The notes beneath the pieces were generated by a model, which was given only the letters and a program-made list of their open reading frames with translations, did no database searches and was not told the origin of the DNA. DNA of 63,551 nucleotides. Origin: Acetobacteraceae bacterium. GTDB lineage: Bacteria; Pseudomonadota; Alphaproteobacteria; Acetobacterales; Acetobacteraceae. The stretch spans positions 1-63,551 of the forward strand of contig DATDIC010000124.1 of the NCBI GenBank assembly GCA_036521275.1. The letters are read 5' to 3'. A program made the translations under genes and the position numbers. Of the stretch, positions 58,031 to 63,551 are shown piece after piece. Each line of letters starts with the position of its first letter. Position 1 is the first letter of the stretch.

Positions 58031-59263
58031 ATGCCGAACGTCGCCAGGCGCGAGACATTCGTTCTCGCCGCCGCCGCGCTGGCGGTGCCTTTCATCGGCG
58101 CACGGGCAGACGAAAAAACGCTGTCCATCGGCATGAGCATACCGCTCACCGGTGAACTGGCTCAGCAGTCGCGGATCGTGCGGGATGCCACGCAATTCGC
58201 CATCAATGAAGCGAACGCACAGGGCGGCGTCGGCGGCTACAAGATCGGGTTCTTGCTGCTGGACGACGGATCGCCGACGACCGGCCAATACGACCCCGCG
58301 CTGGCTGCGACGAACGCGCGCCGGATGGTCGCCGATCCTTCGGTGATCGCCGCGGTCGGCCCGCTGAATAGCGGTTCGGCAAAAGCCGCAGTCCCGATCC
58401 TCAGTCAGGCCGGCATGGCGACGATCAGCGGCAGTGCCACCAGCCCCGACCTGAACGATCCCAAATTCGCCGGCGTCTATCATCCGGGCGGGAAGCCGAA
58501 CTTTTTCCGTACCGTTACCACCGATGCATATCAGGGACCTGGACTGGCGAACTATTTCGGCAAAGTCCTGAAGGTGCAGAAGGTGGTGGTGCTGGACGAT
58601 ACCGGCGCCTACGGCGTCGGGATGGCCAACGCGTTCGCCGCGCAGGCAGCGAAGATCGGCATGACAGTGGTGATCCGCGACCGGCTCGATCCGCTGAACG
58701 CCGACTACAGCGCCGTGATGACCCGCGCCAAGAGCCTCGACACGCAAGGCCTGTATTACGGTGGCGATCCGATGGCCGGCGCCAAGGTTGCCAAGCAATC
58801 GTACGATATCATCCCGAATGCCGTCAAAGGCGGCGGCGACGGCGTGCATACCCCCGACATGCTGACCGGTAGCGCCATGCCGGCCATCCAGGGGTGGTAT
58901 GCCACCTCCGCGGCGACCCACGTCCTCGACCAGCCGGATGTGCAGCCCTGGGTGGAGAAGTTCAAGGCCACGATGAAGCAGAACCCGGCCGACTATTCGG
59001 TGACCTATTATGACGCGACGCGGGTCGTCCTGGACGCGATCCGACGAGTGGCCGCGTCCGGCAAGCCGGTCACCCGCGACGCAGTGCGAGAGGCGATGCT
59101 GTCCACCCATCTCAAGCTGCCGCAGGGCGAGGTCTCGTTCGACGCGCGGGGGGATCTTGCTTCAACGGCAGTGTCGATCTTCCAGGTACAGTACAACCCC
59201 GCCTATCCGATCGGCGACGCGACGCATCAGTTCCATTACGTCGGTGCTGCGCCCGAGGTTTAG
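58031..59263 (+). CDS. branched-chain-amino-acid-type (LivK/family 4) ABC substrate-binding protein, orphan
   Basis: ORF 57959..59263 trimmed to Met25 (MPNVARRETFVLAAAALAVPFIGARA signal). Type-I periplasmic binding fold pattern. Confidence 0.85.
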   Translation: MPNVARRETFVLAAAALAVPFIGARADEKTLSIGMSIPLTGELAQQSRIVRDATQFAINEANAQGGVGGYKIGFLLLDDGSPTTGQYDPALAATNARRMVADPSVIAAVGPLNSGSAKAAVPILSQAGMATISGSATSPDLNDPKFAGVYHPGGKPNFFRTVTTDAYQGPGLANYFGKVLKVQKVVVLDDTGAYGVGMANAFAAQAAKIGMTVVIRDRLDPLNADYSAVMTRAKSLDTQGLYYGGDPMAGAKVAKQSYDIIPNAVKGGGDGVHTPDMLTGSAMPAIQGWYATSAATHVLDQPDVQPWVEKFKATMKQNPADYSVTYYDATRVVLDAIRRVAASGKPVTRDAVREAMLSTHLKLPQGEVSFDARGDLASTAVSIFQVQYNPAYPIGDATHQFHYVGAAPEV

Positions 59264-59293
59264 GCGGGCGCTGACCTGGCCAATCGGCGGTGG

Positions 59294-60145
59294 TCAGCCT
59301 TTGACCGCCGCCGCGGTCAGGCCCTTGATGAAGTACCTCTGAAAGAACGCAAACAGGCAGGCGATGGGCAGCGTCGCCACGGTGGAGGCAGCCATTGCCG
59401 CGCCCCACATGGGTGGCCGCGAATAGCTTTGGCTGTAGTCGGTCAGGCCGACAGCCAGCACTTGCAGGCTCCGATCCTGCACGACCACCAGTGGCCAGAG
59501 AAACGCGCCCCAACTCCAGATGAACACAAGAATGCCAAGACTTGTCATGGCGGGGGCGAGCAGCGGCAGAATGATGCGGATGAACATGTGGAACTCGCCG
59601 GCACCATCAACGCGGCCGGCCTCAAGCAGCTCGTCGGGAAGGTCCGCCGCATATTGCCGCATCATGAACACGCCAAAGGCGTTCATCATGCCGGGGACGA
59701 TGAGGCCAACATAGCTATTCTCCCAGCCGAAGGCATGAATCTCCATGAAAAGAGGAACGACCAGTATCTGAAACGGGATCATCATGGTCGAAATAACCAG
59801 GAAGAACAGAAGTCGATGGAACCGAAACCTATACTTGGCAAAACCGAACCCGGCGAGTGCTCCAAAGAACACGGTCACTGCCACCTGTATGCTGGACACA
59901 AGCGCGCTGTTGAACAGATAGCGCCAGAGCGGCGAGACCGACGCCGCGTTGCGAAACTGCTCCCATCCCTGAAAATCATGCGGCAGCCAATGAATTGGCA
60001 CCTCCATGATCTCGTTTTCCGCTTTGAACGCGGACGAGACCATGAACCATAGCGGGAAGGCGAACACCACCGCCAGCACCACGGCAACGACGAAGAACAC
60101 CAATTTTGCTGCGCCTCGGGCGCGGGACGGGTGCCTAATGCGCAC
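59294..60145 (-). CDS. carbohydrate ABC transporter permease (CUT1, MalG-like)
   Basis: 283-aa polytopic ORF with an EAA loop (ELLEAGRVDGAGEFHMFIRIILP). Confidence 0.9.
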   Translation of the reverse strand: MRIRHPSRARGAAKLVFFVVAVVLAVVFAFPLWFMVSSAFKAENEIMEVPIHWLPHDFQGWEQFRNAASVSPLWRYLFNSALVSSIQVAVTVFFGALAGFGFAKYRFRFHRLLFFLVISTMMIPFQILVVPLFMEIHAFGWENSYVGLIVPGMMNAFGVFMMRQYAADLPDELLEAGRVDGAGEFHMFIRIILPLLAPAMTSLGILVFIWSWGAFLWPLVVVQDRSLQVLAVGLTDYSQSYSRPPMWGAAMAASTVATLPIACLFAFFQRYFIKGLTAAAVKG

Positions 60146-61067
60146 GCCGGCTCAGCTTTAGCTGGATAAGGGTAACGGCAAGGATCATGGCGAACAGTAC
60201 GACCGAGAGCGCGGCGGCGTAGCCCATACGGAAGAACTGAAAGCCTTGCTTGAAGATCAGCAGTCCGAGAACCAGCGTGGAGTTGACCGGGCCCCCCTGG
60301 TCGTTGCTGAGCACGTACTGCAGCGTGAAGGTCTGAAAGGCACCGATCGAGCTGAGTGCGCAAACCAACACAACCGTTCCGCGCAGTTGCGGCAGTTCAA
60401 CATGCCAGAACGTCCGCGCCGGCCCGGCGCCATCGATATGCGCAGCCTCGCTGATTTCCGACGACAGCGTCGCCAGTCCGGCGAGCCATATCATCATGTA
60501 GAACGGAATAGCCGCCCAATCGTGCACAACAATCATCACCATCGGGGCGAGGGTCGTGTTATAGAGCCAGGAGATCTCACCCTGGCCCCAGATCCACCCG
60601 ACGAGCCATGTCATCACCCCGATCGGATTCAGCAGCACTTTCCAGACCACGGCGACGACAACAAGCGGCGGCAGCACAGGCAAAAAGAACAGCGTCTTGA
60701 GGATATCGCGGCCTGGAAAAGTCTGGTGAAACAGCAACGCCGCGCCGAGCGACGCGAACCACACCGGAACCGTGCTCCCCAGCACGAAAACAAGGGTATT
60801 CCCGAGCGCCAGCCGGAACAGCGGGTCCGAGTGAAGCGCCAGGAAATTATCCAGGCCGGTCCAGCGTGGCGGCGTGAGCAGGCTTGCCCGCGTCAGGCTG
60901 AGATAAAGACCATACAGAACCGGGAAGACATTGAACACCGCGAAGAAGGCAACCACCGGCAGGACGAATGCCAAGCCCCAGCTCCGCGGCTTCAGTGCGC
61001 GACGTCGCCCCGCTCTCGCAATCCGCAAACGCGCCGCCGGCGCGATCGAGGACTGATTGCTCACCAA
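60135..61067 (-). CDS. carbohydrate ABC transporter permease (CUT1, MalF-like)
   Basis: 310-aa polytopic ORF with an EAA loop (EISEAAHIDGAGPARTFWHVELP). 11-nt overlap with the next permease. Confidence 0.9.
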   Translation of the reverse strand: MVSNQSSIAPAARLRIARAGRRRALKPRSWGLAFVLPVVAFFAVFNVFPVLYGLYLSLTRASLLTPPRWTGLDNFLALHSDPLFRLALGNTLVFVLGSTVPVWFASLGAALLFHQTFPGRDILKTLFFLPVLPPLVVVAVVWKVLLNPIGVMTWLVGWIWGQGEISWLYNTTLAPMVMIVVHDWAAIPFYMMIWLAGLATLSSEISEAAHIDGAGPARTFWHVELPQLRGTVVLVCALSSIGAFQTFTLQYVLSNDQGGPVNSTLVLGLLIFKQGFQFFRMGYAAALSVVLFAMILAVTLIQLKLSRRAH

Positions 61068-61084
61068 ACCAGACCGTTAGCGCG

Positions 61085-62386
61085 TCAAGTCTTCAGCTCC
61101 TGTTGAATAATCGCGTTCACTTGCGCATTCAGATCTTTCAGCACCGGCCCAACCGGCTGGCCGGCTTCGATGATCTGGTCGCGGGCGGCGACCAGCGCGC
61201 CCACCACCTGGTCGAAGCCGACGAGCCGGGGCGAGAATTTCGCCAACTTCAACTCATCCATGAACACAGAAACCCACGGGTCGGACTTGAACGCCTCGGT
61301 CGCCATAACGTCCTCGCGCGGGACAAACAGCCCCGCCGCCTGGAACAACTCGGGCGCGTGATCGACATAGGCTCGGGCCAACTTCCATGCCGCATGCTGG
61401 GCCGGCGCCGGCGTCCGGGCGTTCACCATCATGTAGAAAGCATAAGCGTCAAAACCGCGGTTGGTGCCGCCAGTCCAGCGCGGGGCGGGGCTGACACTGA
61501 AATCGAGTTTTGCCGTGTGCATCTGCGGAATTCCCCAGACGCCGAAACTGCCCTCGCTGCCCAATTTGCCGTCGAGGAAGGCGATCCGCGATTCGATGTA
61601 TTGCGGACCACCAAGCCGCAACTTTCTCACCCACTCGGCGTAGTATTGCATCACTTGCCGTGCGGCATCGGTATCGAGGTTGGCGCGGCCGGTTGCCTCG
61701 TCCACCACGTCAACGCCCAACTGATGCATCATGGTGCTTAAAGTCAGGTAGTAGATGTTCGGGCTGGACCAGTCGAAATCGTAGCCGCGCCTGACCGGCA
61801 CACCAGAATGATCACGCATCGTCAGCGTATCGGCGACCTTGGTCAGTTCTTCCCAGGTCTTTGGGAAGTCCTTCATCGGGTCGAGATGGGCGGACCCCCA
61901 GATTTGGTTATTGCTGTAACAGGCATAGTTGCTCACCTCGCTCGGCACGCCAAACAGCTTGTTGTCGAAGCGAGCTCCCTGGAACCCGGCCGCGTACTGG
62001 CTGGTCAGCGCATGTTCATCCGGATACCCCATCGCGGCGAAATCAACCGGCGCAATGATGCCGGAATGATGATACTCCGCGGTATAAGACGAGCTCCAGT
62101 TGAAGAAATCCGGCCCGGCGCCGGCCGCGAAGGCCGTGAGCAGCTTGGTCCCATACTCAGACGGCGGGAAGACTTCGTACTGCACCGTCACATCCGGGTT
62201 GGCTTGCTCGAAAGCAGCGATGATCCGCTTGTCAACAGGAAGCCGCGGTGGGTGCAGATGCATCCACATTTTCAACGTGACAGGCTTCGCCTCAGCCCGC
62301 CTCGCCGTCAATCCAGTTGCTGCCGCCACGCCGGCGATTCCGCGGCCAAGATCCCGACGGGTCAGCCGCCCGGTGATTTTCGCCAT
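61085..62386 (-). CDS. ABC transporter substrate-binding protein, family 1 (sugar type), Tat signal
   Basis: 433-aa ORF with N-terminal LTRRDLGRGIAGVAAATGLTARRAEA. First gene of the SBP-permease-permease operon. Confidence 0.88.
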   Translation of the reverse strand: MAKITGRLTRRDLGRGIAGVAAATGLTARRAEAKPVTLKMWMHLHPPRLPVDKRIIAAFEQANPDVTVQYEVFPPSEYGTKLLTAFAAGAGPDFFNWSSSYTAEYHHSGIIAPVDFAAMGYPDEHALTSQYAAGFQGARFDNKLFGVPSEVSNYACYSNNQIWGSAHLDPMKDFPKTWEELTKVADTLTMRDHSGVPVRRGYDFDWSSPNIYYLTLSTMMHQLGVDVVDEATGRANLDTDAARQVMQYYAEWVRKLRLGGPQYIESRIAFLDGKLGSEGSFGVWGIPQMHTAKLDFSVSPAPRWTGGTNRGFDAYAFYMMVNARTPAPAQHAAWKLARAYVDHAPELFQAAGLFVPREDVMATEAFKSDPWVSVFMDELKLAKFSPRLVGFDQVVGALVAARDQIIEAGQPVGPVLKDLNAQVNAIIQQELKT

Positions 62387-62490
62387 TGCCTGAGCCCCTC
62401 TTGAACGTCGTCGTTCCGATCGTTGCTCCGATGCTTGCGCTTCCTATCAAACCGGTCAAGATCATATATGACCGAGGTCATGGAGGTCGT

Positions 62491-63171
62491 GTGCGGCGAC
62501 AGCAGGATCGGCTACCGGAGACTGGCTACCGGCGTGTCGCCGAGCGGCTCCGGCACGAGATACTCGAAGCGGCGATCGAGCCCGGAAGCTGGGTTCGCAT
62601 GCAGGCGGTGGCCGATCGGCTCGGAGTGAGCGTTCAGCCAGTGCGGGAAGCGCTTCAGCTTCTGGAAGGCGAAGGACTGGTTGAGATTTTCCCCAATCGC
62701 GGCGCGCGCGTCCATGGGCTTGACCGCGCGCGGCTGTTCCACATCTACGAGTTTCGTGAGGCGCTCGAATCATACATGGCGCGCCGCTTCGCCGAGGATG
62801 CGCGCCCTTCGGAACTGCGCCACCTGGAACAGATCCAAGCCCGCCATGAGCAGGCCGCGGAGGCCGCCGACATGCAGTCGGTCTCGTTGGCCAACCGCGA
62901 CTTTCACCGCTTCATCAACACCAGCAGCAACAATCCGCTGATCATTGATCCGGTATCACGATACATCGATTTCGGACGCATGCTGGTGCGTCTGGTCGGT
63001 CATGAACCTGGTTATCTGAGGCGGGTGGTGCGCGAGCACCGCGCATTGCTCGCGGCGTTTCGCAAGCGTGACGCCAGTCGGGCCGCCGATCTCGGCGCCG
63101 CGCATGTGCGCGTCACGCGAGACGTTATGCTGGCGCGGCTCGATAGGGCACGCGAACCGCACGCCGCCTGA
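62491..63171 (+). CDS. GntR-family transcriptional regulator, FadR/FCD subfamily
   Basis: ORF 62386..63171, with the start set at GTG 62491, 4 nt after GGAGG. wHTH MQAVADRLGVSVQPVREALQLLEGEGLVEIFPNRGARV and a helical FCD domain. Divergent from the sugar ABC operon. Confidence 0.82.
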   Translation: MRRQQDRLPETGYRRVAERLRHEILEAAIEPGSWVRMQAVADRLGVSVQPVREALQLLEGEGLVEIFPNRGARVHGLDRARLFHIYEFREALESYMARRFAEDARPSELRHLEQIQARHEQAAEAADMQSVSLANRDFHRFINTSSNNPLIIDPVSRYIDFGRMLVRLVGHEPGYLRRVVREHRALLAAFRKRDASRAADLGAAHVRVTRDVMLARLDRAREPHAA

Positions 63172-63195
63172 CAACGTGGCGCAACCCGCTTCGGA

Positions 63196-63551
63196 TCAGC
63201 ACTGAACCCGCTCCGCCCCGTCGTCGCCGCTCGAAAGACCCGATGCCTGCCGGGCGAGTTCCGCGAGGCAGGCCGCCCGCTCGGGGGTGCAGCCACGTTG
63301 CAGCCACCAATGTCGCGTGGACCGAAGCAATGCGCCAACGCGCGGACCGGGCGCCAGGCCCAGCGCCAGAACGTCACGTCCTTCCAAAGGAAACACCGGC
63401 AGCGGAAGCGCCGCGATCCGTTTCCGCAATCGTTCCCAATCAGGCTGACTGTCACCAGCCAGCCAGGCGCGATCGATCAGGATCGTCCGATCATTGTCGG
63501 CCAGCATCCGACGCAACGCGTCATCATCATCCGGCGGCCGCGGCACGGGGC
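63196..63551 (-). CDS. cca: C-terminal part of a CCA tRNA nucleotidyltransferase-like protein, N-terminus outside window
   Basis: The frame stays open to the right edge. The tail PVFPLEGRDVLALGLAPGPRVGALLRSTRHWWLQRGCTPERAACLAEL resembles the C-terminal domain of alphaproteobacterial CCA-adding enzymes, judged from memory. Confidence 0.5.
   Translation of the reverse strand, partial: PVPRPPDDDDALRRMLADNDRTILIDRAWLAGDSQPDWERLRKRIAALPLPVFPLEGRDVLALGLAPGPRVGALLRSTRHWWLQRGCTPERAACLAELARQASGLSSGDDGAERVQC

Noticed and set aside
1-63551. tRNA/rRNA genes, CRISPR arrays, transposases, integrases, prophage or toxin-antitoxin pairs
   Set aside because: Scanning the intergenic regions and translations showed no T-loop-like GGTTCGAATCC context outside coding frames, no regularly spaced repeats apart from the REP-like array and the 25-nt duplication, and no DDE/tyrosine-recombinase-like ORFs.

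Overview
High-GC (roughly two-thirds G+C by eye) proteobacterial chromosome segment, probably alphaproteobacterial judging by gene content and order. I count about 60 protein-coding genes. I found no rRNA, tRNA or CRISPR array, and no transposase or integrase. Housekeeping blocks (pyrB plus a DHOase-like gene, rpsF-rpsR-rplI, pdxH, fabI, aroC, cysPTWA, and the 3' end of a CCA-adding enzyme gene) alternate with accessory catabolic and transport clusters. These are: (i) a CoxGSML-like molybdenum hydroxylase operon (1-3993); (ii) a ~16 kb island (4221-20396) with a GctAB-like CoA-transferase, LLM oxidoreductases, a diaminopropionate-ammonia-lyase-like enzyme, an M20 deacylase, a crotonase, a TauD-like dioxygenase, an ADP-forming acyl-CoA synthetase, two NtaA/DszA-type monooxygenases, a polar-amino-acid-type ABC transporter and a GntR/HutC regulator; (iii) a TRAP transporter with an SDR and a GGT; (iv) a hydantoinase A/B plus carbamoylase cluster; (v) a CUT1 sugar ABC importer with a GntR/FCD regulator. 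The two best candidates for something undescribed are (a) a three-gene module at 38399-41589, made of a small soluble protein, a 3-TM protein and a secreted trypsin-like protease whose ~470-aa C-terminal region is unassignable and internally duplicated; it sits directly downstream of an EF-G gene that lies outside any str operon; and (b) the island in (ii), whose enzyme mix matches no pathway I know. Other items of note: a REP-like palindromic repeat array (46878-47056), an unannotated 44-aa membrane ORF with a strong SD (51870-52004), a DHOase-like protein lacking the HxH metal motif, a DUF1800/DUF1501 pair, and several convergent gene pairs that share or abut stop codons. All calls come from reading the six-frame translations and the DNA by eye. 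No database search was run, so family names are from memory, and start codons are best guesses.
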